Sequence record: PZ445554.1
Source of the DNA: a phage
DNA length: 64,000 nucleotides
Direction: 5' to 3' (one strand)
Shown here: one piece after another, positions 46,603 to 64,000 of the stretch
Layout: each line of letters opens with the position of its first letter
How positions within the stretch are numbered: position 1 is the stretch's first letter
Program-made: the position numbers and the translations under genes
Notes under the pieces: generated by a model
What the model saw: only the letters and a program-made list of their open reading frames with translations
The model's database searches: none
Told to the model about the DNA's origin: nothing

Positions 46603-48585
46603 ATGGCAAATACCCCTGTAAATTATCAATTAACAAGAACAGCAAATGCTATTCCCGAGATATTCGTCGGGGGTACGTTTGCTGAAATAAAACAAAACCT
46701 CATTGAATGGCTTAATGGCCAAAATGAATTTTTGGATTATGATTTTGAAGGCTCAAGATTAAACGTTCTGTGTGACCTTTTGGCTTATAATACATTGTAC
46801 ATTCAGCAGTTTGGTAATGCTGCTGTGTATGAAAGCTTTATGCGTACTGCTAACTTACGAAGTTCAGTTGTTCAAGCTGCACAAGATAACGGATATTTAC
46901 CTACTTCAAAATCCGCTGCGCAGACCGAAATTATGTTAACATGCACCGACGCATTGAATAGGAATTACATTACTATTCCTCGCGGAACTCGCTTTTTAGC
47001 ATATGCAAAAGATACTTCTGTTAATCCATATAACTTTGTATCTACCGAAGATGTTATTGCTATTCGTGATAAAAATAACCAATATTTTCCACGATTAAAA
47101 TTGGCCCAAGGACGTATAGTAAGAACTGAAATCATTTATGATAAATTGACACCTATTATCATTTATGATAAAAATATTGATAGAAACCAGGTTAAATTAT
47201 ACGTTGATGGAGCGGAATGGATTAACTGGACAAGAAAGTCAATGGTTCATGCTGGTTCTACATCAACAATTTACTACATGCGTGAAACTATTGATGGAAA
47301 CACTGAATTCTATTTTGGCGAAGGTGAAATTTCCGTTAATGCTTCTGAAGGAGCTCTAACTGCTAACTATATTGGAGGTCTTAAACCTACCCAGAACTCT
47401 ACTATTGTTATTGAGTACATCAGTACTAACGGTGCAGATGCGAACGGCGCAGTCGGATTTTCATATGCAGATACATTGACAAATATAACTGTCATCAACA
47501 TTAATGAAAACCCAAATGATGACCCAGATTTTGTTGGGGCTGATGGCGGTGGCGATCCAGAAGATATTGAGCGTATTCGCGAATTAGGTACTATTAAACG
47601 CGAAACCCAGCAACGCTGCGTAACCGCAACTGACTATGATACATTTGTCTCAGAAAGATTTGGTTCTATTATTCAAGCTGTTCAGACTTTCACTGATTCT
47701 ACTAAACCCGGGTATGCATTTATTGCTGCTAAACCTAAATCAGGATTGTATTTAACTACTGTGCAACGTGAAGATATTAAAAATTATCTCAAAGACTATA
47801 ATTTAGCTCCTATTACGCCATCAATTATTTCTCCTAATTATCTTTTTATTAAGACTAATTTAAAAGTCACATATGCTTTAAATAAACTACAAGAATCCGA
47901 ACAGTGGCTTGAAGGTCAAATAATTGATAAAATTGATCGCTATTATACCGAAGATGTAGAAATTTTTAACTCGTCTTTTGCCAAGTCTAAAATGTTAACT
48001 TACGTAGATGATGCAGATCATTCTATCATTGGTTCATCAGCTACTATTCAAATTGTTCGTGAAGTACAAAACTTCTATAAAACGCCTGAAGCAGGTATTA
48101 AATACAATAATCAAATAAAAGATCGTTCTATGGAATCTAATACGTTTTCATTTAATTCTGGACGAAAGGTTGTAAATCCTGATACTGGTTTAGAAGAAGA
48201 TGTATTATATGACGTTCGTATAGTATCAACAGACCGAGATTCTAAAGGAATTGGTAAAGTTATTATTGGTCCATTTGCTTCTGGCGATGTTACAGAAAAT
48301 GAAAACATTCAGCCGTATACGGGCAACGATTTTAACAAATTAGCAAATTCTGATGGACGCGACAAATACTATGTTATCGGTGAAATAAATTATCCAGCTG
48401 ACATGATTTATTGGAATATCGCTAAAATTAATTTAACATCTGAAAAATTTGAAGTTCAGACTATTGAATTATATTCTGACCCAACCGATGATGTTATCTT
48501 TACTCGCGATGGTTCACTGATTGTATTTGAAAATGACTTACGTCCACAATACTTAACTATCGATTTGGAGCCTATATCACAATGA
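46603..48585 (+). CDS. 6: baseplate wedge protein gp6
   Basis: 660 aa; position and size as T4 gp6. Confidence 0.9.
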   Translation: MANTPVNYQLTRTANAIPEIFVGGTFAEIKQNLIEWLNGQNEFLDYDFEGSRLNVLCDLLAYNTLYIQQFGNAAVYESFMRTANLRSSVVQAAQDNGYLPTSKSAAQTEIMLTCTDALNRNYITIPRGTRFLAYAKDTSVNPYNFVSTEDVIAIRDKNNQYFPRLKLAQGRIVRTEIIYDKLTPIIIYDKNIDRNQVKLYVDGAEWINWTRKSMVHAGSTSTIYYMRETIDGNTEFYFGEGEISVNASEGALTANYIGGLKPTQNSTIVIEYISTNGADANGAVGFSYADTLTNITVININENPNDDPDFVGADGGGDPEDIERIRELGTIKRETQQRCVTATDYDTFVSERFGSIIQAVQTFTDSTKPGYAFIAAKPKSGLYLTTVQREDIKNYLKDYNLAPITPSIISPNYLFIKTNLKVTYALNKLQESEQWLEGQIIDKIDRYYTEDVEIFNSSFAKSKMLTYVDDADHSIIGSSATIQIVREVQNFYKTPEAGIKYNNQIKDRSMESNTFSFNSGRKVVNPDTGLEEDVLYDVRIVSTDRDSKGIGKVIIGPFASGDVTENENIQPYTGNDFNKLANSDGRDKYYVIGEINYPADMIYWNIAKINLTSEKFEVQTIELYSDPTDDVIFTRDGSLIVFENDLRPQYLTIDLEPISQ

Positions 48586-51500
48586 CAGTAAAAGCACCTT
48601 CAGTCACTAGTCTCAGAATTTCCAAGTTATCCGCAAATCAGGTGCAAGTACGCTGGGATGACGTTGGTGCTAATTTCTACTATTTTGTAGAAATCGCTGA
48701 GACAAAAACAAACTCGGGGGAAAATCTCCCGAGTAATCAATACAGATGGATTAACTTAGGATATACTGCAAATAACAGCTTCTTTTTTGATAATGCTAAT
48801 CCATTGACATCGTACATTATCAGAGTAGCTACAGCTGCGCAAGATTTTGAGCAGTCTGATTGGATTTATACCGAAGAGTTTGAAACTTTTGCTACAAATG
48901 CTTATACATTTCAAAACATGATTGAAATGCAATTAGCCAATAAATTCATTCAGGAAAAATTTACTCTTAATAATTCTGATTATGTTAATTTTAATAATGA
49001 CACTATAATGGCTGCATTGATGAATGAATCATTTCAATTCAGCCCATCGTATGTTGATGTTTCATCAATAAGTAATTTTATTATTGGTGAAAATGAGTAT
49101 CATGAAATACAAGGTTCTATTCAGCAAGTGTGTAAGGATATTAACCGAGTTTATTTGATGGAATCAGAAGGAATTCTATATCTTTTTGAGCGCTATCAAC
49201 CTGTAGTTAAAGTATCCAATGATAAAGGACAAACCTGGAAAGCCGTAAAGCTCTTCAATGACCGTGTAGGATATCCTTTATCTAAGACAGTATATTACCA
49301 ATCTGCGAACACAACATACGTTCTAGGATACGACAAGATTTTCTATGGCGGCCGTAAATCGACTGACGTTAGATGGTCAGCAGATGATGTCAGATTCAGT
49401 TCGCAGGATATAACATTTGCTAAACTTGGTGACCAGTTACATTTAGGATTTGATGTAGAAATTTTTGCCACTTACGCGACTTTACCAGCGAATGTATACC
49501 GCATTGCAGAAGCTATTACTTGTACAGATGATTACATTTACGTTGTTGCCAGAGATAAAGTTAGATATATAAAAACGAGTAATGCACCTATAGATTCTGA
49601 CCCGTTATCACCAACATACTCGGAAAGACTTTTTGAACCTGATACAATGACTATAACTGGAAATCCTAAAGCAGTATGCTATAAAATGGATTCTATCGGT
49701 GATAAAGTTTTTGCTCTTATTATTGGTGAAGTTGAAACATTAAATGCCAATCCGAGAACTTCAAAAATAATTGATTCTGCTGATAAAGGAATATATGTTT
49801 TAAATCATGACGAAAAAACATGGAAAAGAGTTTTCGGTAATACCGAAGAAGAAAGAAGACGTATTCAACCTGGATACGCAAACATGTCAACTGACGGTAA
49901 ATTAGTTTCTCTGTCTTCGAGTAATTTTAAATTTTTAAGTGATAATGTTGTTAATGACCCTGAAACTGTGGTGAAATATCAGTTAATCGGTGCTGTTAAA
50001 TATGAATTTCCCCGTGAATGGTTAGCTGATAAGCATTATCATATGATGGCATTTATAGCGGATGAAAAATCTGATTGGGAGACTTTTACTCCTCAACCAA
50101 TGAAATACTACGCAGAACCGTTCTTTAATTGGTCTAAAAAATCTAACACACGCTGTTGGATAAACAACTCTAATAGAGCTGTAGTAGTTTATGCTGATTT
50201 AAAATACACTAAAGTTATAGAAAATATTCCGGAAACATCACCAGATAGATTAGTTCATGAATACTGGGATGATGGTGATTGTACGATAGTAATGCCAAAT
50301 GTTAAATTCACGGGATTTAAAAAATATGCGTCTGGGATGCTTTTTTATAAATCTTCTGGTGAAATAATTTCTTATTATGATTTTAACTATCGTGTGAGAG
50401 ATACAGTAGAAATTATTTGGAAGCCGACTGGAGTATTTTTAAAAGCATTTTTACAAAACCAAGAGCATGAGACTCCTTGGTCGCCAGAAGAAGAGCATGG
50501 ATTAGCTGACCCTGATTTAAGACCATTAATTGGCACAATGATGCCTGATTCTTATTTGTTGCAGGATTCGAATTTTGAGGCATTTTGTGAAGCATATATT
50601 CAATATCTTTCTGACGGATACGGAACTCAGTATAATAATTTACGAAATTTAATTCGTAATCAGTATCCACGAGAAGAGCATGCGTGGGAATATTTGTGGT
50701 CAGAGATATATAAAAGAAACATTTATTTAAATGCTGACAAACGTGATGCTGTTGCAAGATTTTTTGAATCACGTAGTTATGATTTTTATTCTACTAAAGG
50801 AATTGAAGCATCATACAAATTTCTTTTTAAAGTTCTTTATAATGAAGAAGTTGAAATTGAAATTGAATCTGGAGCTGGTACTGAATATGATATAATCGTT
50901 CAATCTGATTCTTTGACTGAGGATTTAGTAGGACAAACGATTTATACAGCTACAGGAAGATGTAATGTTACTTATATAGAAAGAAGCTATTCTAATGGTA
51001 AATTGCAATGGACCGTAACTATTCATAATCTTTTGGGACGATTAATTGCTGGTCAAGAAGTTAAAGCAGAAAGACTCCCTAGTTTCGAAGGCGAAATTAT
51101 TCGCGGGGTTAAAGGAAAGGATTTGCTTCAAAACAATATAGACTATATTAATAGAAGTAGATCATACTATGTAATGAAAATTAAATCCAATTTACCTTCT
51201 TCCCGCTGGAAATCTGACGTTATTCGTTTTGTTCATCCAGTAGGATTTGGATTTATAGCAATCACGCTTTTAACTATGTTTATTAATGTCGGTTTAACTC
51301 TTAAACACACAGAGACAATAATTAATAAATATAAAAACTACAAATGGGATTCTGGATTACCTACTGAATACGCAGATCGTGTAGCTAAATTGACTCCAAC
51401 TGGTGAAATTGAGCATGATTCGGTAACAGGCGAAGCAATTTATGAGCCTGGCCCAATGGCTGGTGTAGAATATCCTCTTCCTGATGACTATAATGCTGAA

Positions 51501-51683
51501 AATAACAATTCAATATTTCAAGGTCAATTGCCGTCTGAACGACGTAAATTAATGAGTCCTTTATTTGATGCATCTGGAACAACATTTGCGCAATTTAGAG
51601 ATTTAGTTAATAAACGTCTAAAAGACAATATAGGAAATCCGAGAGACCCTAAAAATCCAACACAGGTTAAAATAGATGAATGA
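48582..51683 (+). CDS. 7: baseplate wedge protein gp7
   Basis: 1033 aa; 4-nt overlap with gene 6. Confidence 0.9.
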   Translation: MTVKAPSVTSLRISKLSANQVQVRWDDVGANFYYFVEIAETKTNSGENLPSNQYRWINLGYTANNSFFFDNANPLTSYIIRVATAAQDFEQSDWIYTEEFETFATNAYTFQNMIEMQLANKFIQEKFTLNNSDYVNFNNDTIMAALMNESFQFSPSYVDVSSISNFIIGENEYHEIQGSIQQVCKDINRVYLMESEGILYLFERYQPVVKVSNDKGQTWKAVKLFNDRVGYPLSKTVYYQSANTTYVLGYDKIFYGGRKSTDVRWSADDVRFSSQDITFAKLGDQLHLGFDVEIFATYATLPANVYRIAEAITCTDDYIYVVARDKVRYIKTSNAPIDSDPLSPTYSERLFEPDTMTITGNPKAVCYKMDSIGDKVFALIIGEVETLNANPRTSKIIDSADKGIYVLNHDEKTWKRVFGNTEEERRRIQPGYANMSTDGKLVSLSSSNFKFLSDNVVNDPETVVKYQLIGAVKYEFPREWLADKHYHMMAFIADEKSDWETFTPQPMKYYAEPFFNWSKKSNTRCWINNSNRAVVVYADLKYTKVIENIPETSPDRLVHEYWDDGDCTIVMPNVKFTGFKKYASGMLFYKSSGEIISYYDFNYRVRDTVEIIWKPTGVFLKAFLQNQEHETPWSPEEEHGLADPDLRPLIGTMMPDSYLLQDSNFEAFCEAYIQYLSDGYGTQYNNLRNLIRNQYPREEHAWEYLWSEIYKRNIYLNADKRDAVARFFESRSYDFYSTKGIEASYKFLFKVLYNEEVEIEIESGAGTEYDIIVQSDSLTEDLVGQTIYTATGRCNVTYIERSYSNGKLQWTVTIHNLLGRLIAGQEVKAERLPSFEGEIIRGVKGKDLLQNNIDYINRSRSYYVMKIKSNLPSSRWKSDVIRFVHPVGFGFIAITLLTMFINVGLTLKHTETIINKYKNYKWDSGLPTEYADRVAKLTPTGEIEHDSVTGEAIYEPGPMAGVEYPLPDDYNAENNNSIFQGQLPSERRKLMSPLFDASGTTFAQFRDLVNKRLKDNIGNPRDPKNPTQVKIDE

Positions 51684-52680
51684 TTCAAGTGTTATCTATC
51701 GTGCGATAGTTACTTCAAAATTTAGAACAGAAAAAATGTTGAATTTTTATAATTCAATTGGAAGTGGTCCGGATAAAAACACTATCTTTATCACATTTGG
51801 AAGATCAGAACCGTGGTCATCAAATGAAAATGAGGTGGGCTTTGCCCCACCTTATCCAACCGATTCTGTATTAGGCGTAACTGACATGTGGACGCATATG
51901 ATGGGAACAGTAAAGGTTCTTCCATCAATGCTTGACGCAGTTATTCCTCGTCGAGATTGGGGAGATACTAGATATCCGGATCCATACACATTTAGAATTA
52001 ACGATATTGTAGTGTGTAACTCAGCTCCTTACAACGCTACTGAATCAGGCGCAGGGTGGTTAGTATATCGTTGTTTAGATGTTCCTGATACTGGAATGTG
52101 TTCAATCGCATCTTTAACTGATAAGGATGAATGCCTTAAATTAGGCGGAAAATGGACACCTTCTGTTAGGTCAATGACTCCTCCTGAAGGTCGAGGAGAT
52201 GCTGAAGGAACAATTGAACCTGGGGACGGGTATGTATGGGAATATCTTTTTGAGATTCCGCCTGATGTATCTATAAATAGATGCACGAATGAATATATCG
52301 TGGTTCCTTGGCCTGAGGAATTAAAAGAAGACCCGACTAGATGGGGATATGAAGATAATCTCACTTGGCAACAAGATGATTTTGGATTAATTTACCGGGT
52401 TAAGGCAAATACTATCCGTTTTAAAGCATATTTAGATTCAGTTTATTTTCCTGATGCTGCATTGCCAGGAAATAAAGGATTTAGACAAATATCAATAATC
52501 ACGAATCCTCTTGAAGCTAAAGCTCATCCAAATGACCCAAACGTTAAAGCTGAAAAGGATTATTATGATCCAGAAGATTTAATGAGGCATTCGGGCGAAA
52601 TGATTTATATGGAAAATAGGCCACCTATTATCATGGCAATGGATCAAACAGAAGAAATCAATATTCTGTTTACATTTTAA
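51676..52680 (+). CDS. 8: baseplate wedge protein gp8
   Basis: 334 aa; 8-nt overlap with gene 7. Confidence 0.9.
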   Translation: MNDSSVIYRAIVTSKFRTEKMLNFYNSIGSGPDKNTIFITFGRSEPWSSNENEVGFAPPYPTDSVLGVTDMWTHMMGTVKVLPSMLDAVIPRRDWGDTRYPDPYTFRINDIVVCNSAPYNATESGAGWLVYRCLDVPDTGMCSIASLTDKDECLKLGGKWTPSVRSMTPPEGRGDAEGTIEPGDGYVWEYLFEIPPDVSINRCTNEYIVVPWPEELKEDPTRWGYEDNLTWQQDDFGLIYRVKANTIRFKAYLDSVYFPDAALPGNKGFRQISIITNPLEAKAHPNDPNVKAEKDYYDPEDLMRHSGEMIYMENRPPIIMAMDQTEEINILFTF

Positions 52681-52685
52681 ATTAA

Positions 52686-52709
52686 GGGAGCCCATGGGCT
52701 CCCTTTTTT
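52686..52709 (+). terminator. rho-independent terminator after gene 8
   Basis: GGGAGCCC/GGGCTCCC palindrome followed by TTTTTT. Confidence 0.7.
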
Positions 52710-52712
52710 CTT

Positions 52713-52720
52713 TATAAATA
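52713..52720 (+). promoter_or_regulatory. late promoter for gene 9
   Basis: Exact TATAAATA 24 nt upstream of gene 9 ATG. Confidence 0.65.
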
Positions 52721-52744
52721 TTATAAACTCATAAGGAAACCGCT

Positions 52745-53611
52745 ATGTTCATTCAAGAACCAAAGAAATTGATTGATACCGGCGAAATTGGTAACGCTTC
52801 TACTGGTGATATCTTATTCGACGGTGGTAATAAAATTAATAGTGATTTTAATGCAATTTATAACGCGTTTGGCGATCAGCGTAAAATGGCAGTAGCAAAT
52901 GGCACTGGCGCTGACGGGCAAATTATCCATGCTACTGGGTATTATCAAAAACACTCTATTACAGAGTACGCAACTCCAGTGAAAGTTGGCACTAGACATG
53001 ATATTGATACCTCTACTGTAGGTGTTAAAGTTATTATTGAAAGAGGCGAACTCGGCGATTGTGTTGAATTCATTAACTCTAATGGATCAATATCAGTTAC
53101 TAATCCTTTAACAATTCAAGCTATTGATTCAATTAAAGGTGTTTCAGGTAATTTAGTAGTAACTAGCCCATATAGTAAAGTAACTTTACGCTGTATTTCA
53201 TCTGATAATTCTACATCGGTTTGGAATTATTCTATTGAAAGTATGTTTGGACAAAAGGAATCACCAGCTGAAGGTACATGGAATATTTCTACATCCGGAT
53301 CAGTTGATATTCCACTATTTCATCGCACTGAATACAATATGGCTAAATTGTTAGTTACGTGCCAATCGGTAGATGGAAGAAAAATTAAAACGGCAGAAAT
53401 AAATATTCTTGTAGATACTGTTAATTCAGAAGTCATTTCTTCTGAATATGCTGTCATGCGGGTTGGAAATGAAACAGAAGAAGACGAAATCGCTAATATT
53501 GCATTTAGTATTAAAGAAAATTATGTAACGGCAACTATAAGTTCTTCAACTGTCGGTATGAGATCAGCAGTTAAAGTTATCGCTACGCAGAAAATCGGGG
53601 TGGCTCAATAA
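52745..53611 (+). CDS. 9: baseplate wedge/tail-fibre socket protein gp9
   Basis: 288 aa. Confidence 0.9.
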   Translation: MFIQEPKKLIDTGEIGNASTGDILFDGGNKINSDFNAIYNAFGDQRKMAVANGTGADGQIIHATGYYQKHSITEYATPVKVGTRHDIDTSTVGVKVIIERGELGDCVEFINSNGSISVTNPLTIQAIDSIKGVSGNLVVTSPYSKVTLRCISSDNSTSVWNYSIESMFGQKESPAEGTWNISTSGSVDIPLFHRTEYNMAKLLVTCQSVDGRKIKTAEINILVDTVNSEVISSEYAVMRVGNETEEDEIANIAFSIKENYVTATISSSTVGMRSAVKVIATQKIGVAQ

Positions 53612-55416
53612 TGAAACAAAATATTAATATCGGTAATGTTGTAGATGATGGTACCGGTGACTACCTGCGTAAAGGTGGTATAAAAATAAATGAAAACTTT
53701 GATGAGCTTTATTACGAGCTTGGTGATGGAGATGTTCCATATTCAGCCGGTGCCTGGAAAACTTATAATGCTTCATCAGGACAAACATTAACAGCAGAAT
53801 GGGGAAAATCATATGCTATTAACACTTCATCTGGAAGAGTAACTCTACAACTTCCTAAAGGAACCGTTAATGATTATAATAAAGTAATTAAAGCTAGGGA
53901 TGTATTTGCAACATGGAATGTTAATCCAGTTACTCTAGTAGCCGCTTCTGGTGATACTATTAAAGGATCATCGTCATCAGTTGAAATTAATGTTCAATTT
54001 AGCGATTTAGAGTTAGTTTATTGTGCTCCAGGACGTTGGGAATATGTCAAAAACAAACAAATTGACAAAATTATTAGTTCAGATATTAGTAATGTAGCAC
54101 GTAAAGAATTTTTAGTCGAAGTTCAAGGACAAACAGACTTTTTAGATGTTTTCCGCGGAACTAGCTATAATGTTAATAACATCCGAGTAAAACACCGTGG
54201 TAATGAATTATATTACGGCGATGTATTTAGTGAAAACAGTGACTTTGGCTCTCCTGGGGAAAATGAAGGAGAATTGATTCCTCTTGATGGATTTAATATT
54301 AGGTTAAGACAGCCTTGTAATATTGGTGACACTGTTCAAATTGAAACATTTATGGATGGTATATCACAATGGAGAAGTTCATATACAAGACGCCAAATAA
54401 AAGTATTAGATTCAAAATTAACGTCAAAAACTTCTTTAGAAGGAAGTATTTACGTTACTGATTTATCAACAATGAAATCAATTCCATTCTCTGCATTTGG
54501 ATTAATTCCTGGAGAACCTATTAATCCTAATTCTCTTGAAGTTCGTTTTAATGGAATTTTACAACAACAAGCTGGAACAGCAGGATATCCTCTGTTTTTG
54601 TGTGAAGGTGCTAACTCAGATACGCAAGCAGGATGTATATCTCTTGGTGGTGAATGGAAAGAATCGAACACAGATTATTCTATAGAATATGAAGATGGAA
54701 AACCTGTCAGTCTTTTATTTGATAGAAAATTTGAATCAGGTGATATAATCGTTATAACATGGTTTAATAATGATTTAGGAACTCTTTTAGAAAAAGATGA
54801 CATTATTGAATTAACTGATGACCGTTATGTTAGTAAAGGATCATCTACTGAAGTTACTGGGGATGTAGCCTTAACAGATTTTGATAAAATCGGTTGGCCA
54901 AATGTTGAAAAAGTTGATTCTTATACTAGAACGTATAATTCAATATCATCTATTTTCGACAGCATTTATCCTGTTGGTTCAATTTATGAAAATGCTATAA
55001 ACCCAAATAATCCGGTGACTTATATGGGATTTGGTTCATGGAAATTATTTGGTAAAGGACAAGTTTTAGTAGGATGGAATGATGATGTTACGGATCCAAA
55101 CTTTGCTTTAAACAATAATGATTTAGATTCTAGCGGAAATCCTTCACATACTGCCGGTGGAACAGTTGGTACAACATCAGTAACGCTTGAAAACGCAAAT
55201 CTTCCTGCGACTAAAACTGATGAAAGAGTTTTAATTGAAGACGAAAATGGATCAGTTATTATTGGAGGATGTCAATATGACCCAGACGAAACTGGTCCTA
55301 TATATACAAAATATCGTGAAGACTACGCAACAACAAACTCTTCACATACTCCTCCTACTAATATTAGTAATATTCAACCGTCTATTACTGTATACCGTTG
55401 GATAAGGATTGCATAA
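53611..55416 (+). CDS. 10: baseplate wedge protein gp10
   Basis: 601 aa; TAATG coupling to gene 11. Confidence 0.9.
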   Translation: MKQNINIGNVVDDGTGDYLRKGGIKINENFDELYYELGDGDVPYSAGAWKTYNASSGQTLTAEWGKSYAINTSSGRVTLQLPKGTVNDYNKVIKARDVFATWNVNPVTLVAASGDTIKGSSSSVEINVQFSDLELVYCAPGRWEYVKNKQIDKIISSDISNVARKEFLVEVQGQTDFLDVFRGTSYNVNNIRVKHRGNELYYGDVFSENSDFGSPGENEGELIPLDGFNIRLRQPCNIGDTVQIETFMDGISQWRSSYTRRQIKVLDSKLTSKTSLEGSIYVTDLSTMKSIPFSAFGLIPGEPINPNSLEVRFNGILQQQAGTAGYPLFLCEGANSDTQAGCISLGGEWKESNTDYSIEYEDGKPVSLLFDRKFESGDIIVITWFNNDLGTLLEKDDIIELTDDRYVSKGSSTEVTGDVALTDFDKIGWPNVEKVDSYTRTYNSISSIFDSIYPVGSIYENAINPNNPVTYMGFGSWKLFGKGQVLVGWNDDVTDPNFALNNNDLDSSGNPSHTAGGTVGTTSVTLENANLPATKTDERVLIEDENGSVIIGGCQYDPDETGPIYTKYREDYATTNSSHTPPTNISNIQPSITVYRWIRIA

Positions 55417-56075
55417 TGAGTTTACTTAATAATAAAGCGGGAGTTATTTCCCGCTTAGCAGATTTTCTTGGTTTTAGAACTAAGAAAAATGATATTTCGG
55501 TTATGAATAATCAGCCGGTAGGCGCTGTAACAATTTCACAAATAGCAAAAGGTTTTTATGACTCAAATGTAGAATCTGCTATCAATGATGTTAGAAATAT
55601 GGCAGAGCAACAGGTTGGAGCTGTATTAATTAATATAAGCGGCGTATCTCCTACTGGCGTGCAACAAACCGACTATTGGTCATTTGAAGGAACTGTTACT
55701 GATACTTCAGCCAAACCAGGTGACCCAGTTATTGTTAACATGTTTGGTATTCCGGTTAAAGCTACTAATGGAATGACTTCAATTGAATTTACTAGTGCTG
55801 TTAGAACAGCTCTACAGGAAATGGTTGTAAAATTTATTGCAATTGATTCATTTGAAGACCATCCTACTATAGGGAATAAAATACAAGTTAAGTATTTAGA
55901 TAACCAAGAACATATCTTAGAGCAATACTCTGATAAAGGAATTACTTTCAAACAAGAAATAATTTCTCCTTCTAAACCCGGGTATGGAACTTGGCAATTA
56001 TTAGGTGCGCAAACTGTTACGCTAGATAGTCATACACAACCTACAGTATTTTATTATTTTGAGAGAATAGCATGA
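55416..56075 (+). CDS. 11: baseplate wedge protein gp11 (short tail fibre attachment)
   Basis: 219 aa from MSLLNNKAG; ORF-track ORF starts 6 codons earlier. Confidence 0.88.
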   Translation: MSLLNNKAGVISRLADFLGFRTKKNDISVMNNQPVGAVTISQIAKGFYDSNVESAINDVRNMAEQQVGAVLINISGVSPTGVQQTDYWSFEGTVTDTSAKPGDPVIVNMFGIPVKATNGMTSIEFTSAVRTALQEMVVKFIAIDSFEDHPTIGNKIQVKYLDNQEHILEQYSDKGITFKQEIISPSKPGYGTWQLLGAQTVTLDSHTQPTVFYYFERIA

Positions 56076-57622
56076 GTAACAATACATATCAGCACGTATC
56101 AAATGAATCAAAATATGTTAAATTCGATCCCACTGGATCGAATTTTCCTGGCACTGTTACGACAGTACAGTCTGCATTATCAAAAATAAGTAATATCGGC
56201 GTAAATGGTATTCCTGATGCAACTATGGAAGTTAAAGGAATAGCAATGATTGCATCAGAGCAAGAGGTTTTAGATGGAACAAATAATTCTAAAATCGTTA
56301 CACCAGCTACATTAGCAACAAGATTATTGTATCCAAATGCTACTGAAACTAAATATGGTTTAACGCGCTATTCAACAAATGAAGAAACATTAGAAGGCTC
56401 AGATAATAATTCATCAATAACGCCGCAAAAACTGAAATACCATACTGATGATGTGTTCCGAAATAGATATTCATCTGAGTCATCAAACGGGGTTATTAAA
56501 ATATCATCTACGCCTGCAGCTTTGGCTGGTGTCGATGATACTACGGCGATGACTCCGTTGAAAACCCAAAAACTTGCAATAAAATTAATTTCACAAATAG
56601 CTCCTTCAGAAGACACTGCAACAGAATCGGTGAGAGGAGTAGTTCAATTATCTACTGTTGCACAAACTCGTCAAGGAACTCTCCGCGAAGGATATGCAAT
56701 TTCCCCATATACCTTTATGAATTCTGTTGCAACACAAGAATATAAGGGTGTTATACGTCTAGGAACACAAGCAGAAATTAATAATAATTTGGGGGATGTT
56801 GCAGTAACAGGTGAAACACTAAATGGTCGAGGAGCTACCGGTTCTATGCGTGGGGTAGTAAAATTAACGACGCAGGCCGGTATTGCTCCTGAAGGCGATA
56901 GCTCTGGGGCATTAGCCTGGAACGCAGACGTAATTAATACTCGTGGTGGACAAACTATTAATGGTTCTTTAAATTTAGATCATCTCACAGCAAATGGAAT
57001 TTGGTCGCGCGGCGGAATGTGGAAAAATGGCGATCAACCTGTTGCCACTGAAAGATACGCGTCCGAAAGAGTTCCAGTTGGAACTATTATGATGTTTGCG
57101 GGTGATTCAGCACCTCCAGGTTGGATTATGTGTCATGGTGGAACCGTGTCAGGTGACCAATTTCCTGATTATAGAAACGTAGTTGGAACAAGATTTGGTG
57201 GCGATTGGAATAATCCTGGCATTCCTGATATGCGGGGTCTTTTCGTCAGAGGAGCTGGCACAGGCGGTCATATTTTAAATCAACGAGGACAAGATGGTTA
57301 TGGAAAGGATAGACTTGGCGTAGGATGTGACGGAATGCATGTTGGCGGTGTTCAAGCACAACAAATGTCATACCATAAACACGCTGGTGGTTGGGGAGAA
57401 TATAACAGAAGTGAAGGTCCATTTGGCGCGTCTGTTTATCAAGGATATCTTGGAACTAGAAAATATTCCGACTGGGATAACGCTTCATACTTCACCAATG
57501 ATGGATTTGAATTAGGTGGACCGAGAGATGCCCTTGGTACACTTAATCGCGAAGGATTAATTGGTTATGAAACTAGACCATGGAATATATCATTAAACTA
57601 TATTATTAAAGTTCATTACTAA
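56072..57622 (+). CDS. 12: short tail fibre protein gp12
   Basis: 516 aa; repetitive Gly/Thr/Ser-rich beta segments; ATGA overlap with gene 11. Confidence 0.9.
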   Translation: MSNNTYQHVSNESKYVKFDPTGSNFPGTVTTVQSALSKISNIGVNGIPDATMEVKGIAMIASEQEVLDGTNNSKIVTPATLATRLLYPNATETKYGLTRYSTNEETLEGSDNNSSITPQKLKYHTDDVFRNRYSSESSNGVIKISSTPAALAGVDDTTAMTPLKTQKLAIKLISQIAPSEDTATESVRGVVQLSTVAQTRQGTLREGYAISPYTFMNSVATQEYKGVIRLGTQAEINNNLGDVAVTGETLNGRGATGSMRGVVKLTTQAGIAPEGDSSGALAWNADVINTRGGQTINGSLNLDHLTANGIWSRGGMWKNGDQPVATERYASERVPVGTIMMFAGDSAPPGWIMCHGGTVSGDQFPDYRNVVGTRFGGDWNNPGIPDMRGLFVRGAGTGGHILNQRGQDGYGKDRLGVGCDGMHVGGVQAQQMSYHKHAGGWGEYNRSEGPFGASVYQGYLGTRKYSDWDNASYFTNDGFELGGPRDALGTLNREGLIGYETRPWNISLNYIIKVHY

Positions 57623-59089
<1,467 letters not shown>

Positions 59090-59092
59090 CAT

Positions 59093-59108
59093 GGGGCCGC
59101 AAGGCCCC
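59093..59108 (+). terminator. possible terminator after wac
   Basis: GGGGCC-GCAA-GGCCCC hairpin right after wac stop; weak U-tract. Confidence 0.4.
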
Positions 59109-59120
59109 AAAGGATTTTAA

Positions 59121-60822
<1,702 letters not shown>

Positions 60823-60863
60823 TAAATATTATAAACTAATTAAAGCCCAGATTAGGAGAAATC

Positions 60864-64000
<3,137 letters not shown>

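Noticed and set aside
60823-60863. Late-promoter-like TATAAACT upstream of gene 15
   Set aside because: Not an exact TATAAATA match; late promoters tolerate little deviation, so left uncalled.

Overview
This window is a contiguous piece of a T4-like (T-even, Tequatrovirus-type) lytic myovirus genome. Roughly 1-43.4 kb is the minus-strand early/middle region: genes 46/47, a-gt, 55, nrdH/nrdG/nrdD, 49, pin, nrdC and a long run of small accessory ORFs, rI, tk, regB, denV, lysozyme e, nudE, a 10-tRNA operon, internal-protein cassettes, 57B/57A, and genes 1, 3, 2, 4. From 43.4 kb onward the plus strand carries late baseplate, tail-fibre, neck and terminase genes (53, 5, 5.4, 6-12, wac, 13-17). Calls rest on recognisable protein motifs, tRNA cloverleafs read by eye, T4-style early (GTTTAC-N18-TAnnAT) and late (TATAAATA) promoters, and UUCG/GAAA-loop terminators. 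Lysozyme e differs from T4 at only two residues, yet the phage is not T4 itself: nrdD has no intron, ipII/ipIII are missing between denV and e, and there are two extra tRNAs (Tyr, Asn). I cannot single out one undescribed system with confidence; the best candidates are (i) a duplicated pin 3' end enclosing a 58-aa ORF, (ii) an AAA+ ATPase plus nucleotidyltransferase pair with its own promoter and terminator, (iii) a T5orf172-type ORF inside the tRNA/stable-RNA operon, (iv) two tandem paralogue arrays, (v) a macro-domain protein, and (vi) early promoters embedded in covarying hairpins. Novelty relative to annotated T4 genes cannot be established without database searches.
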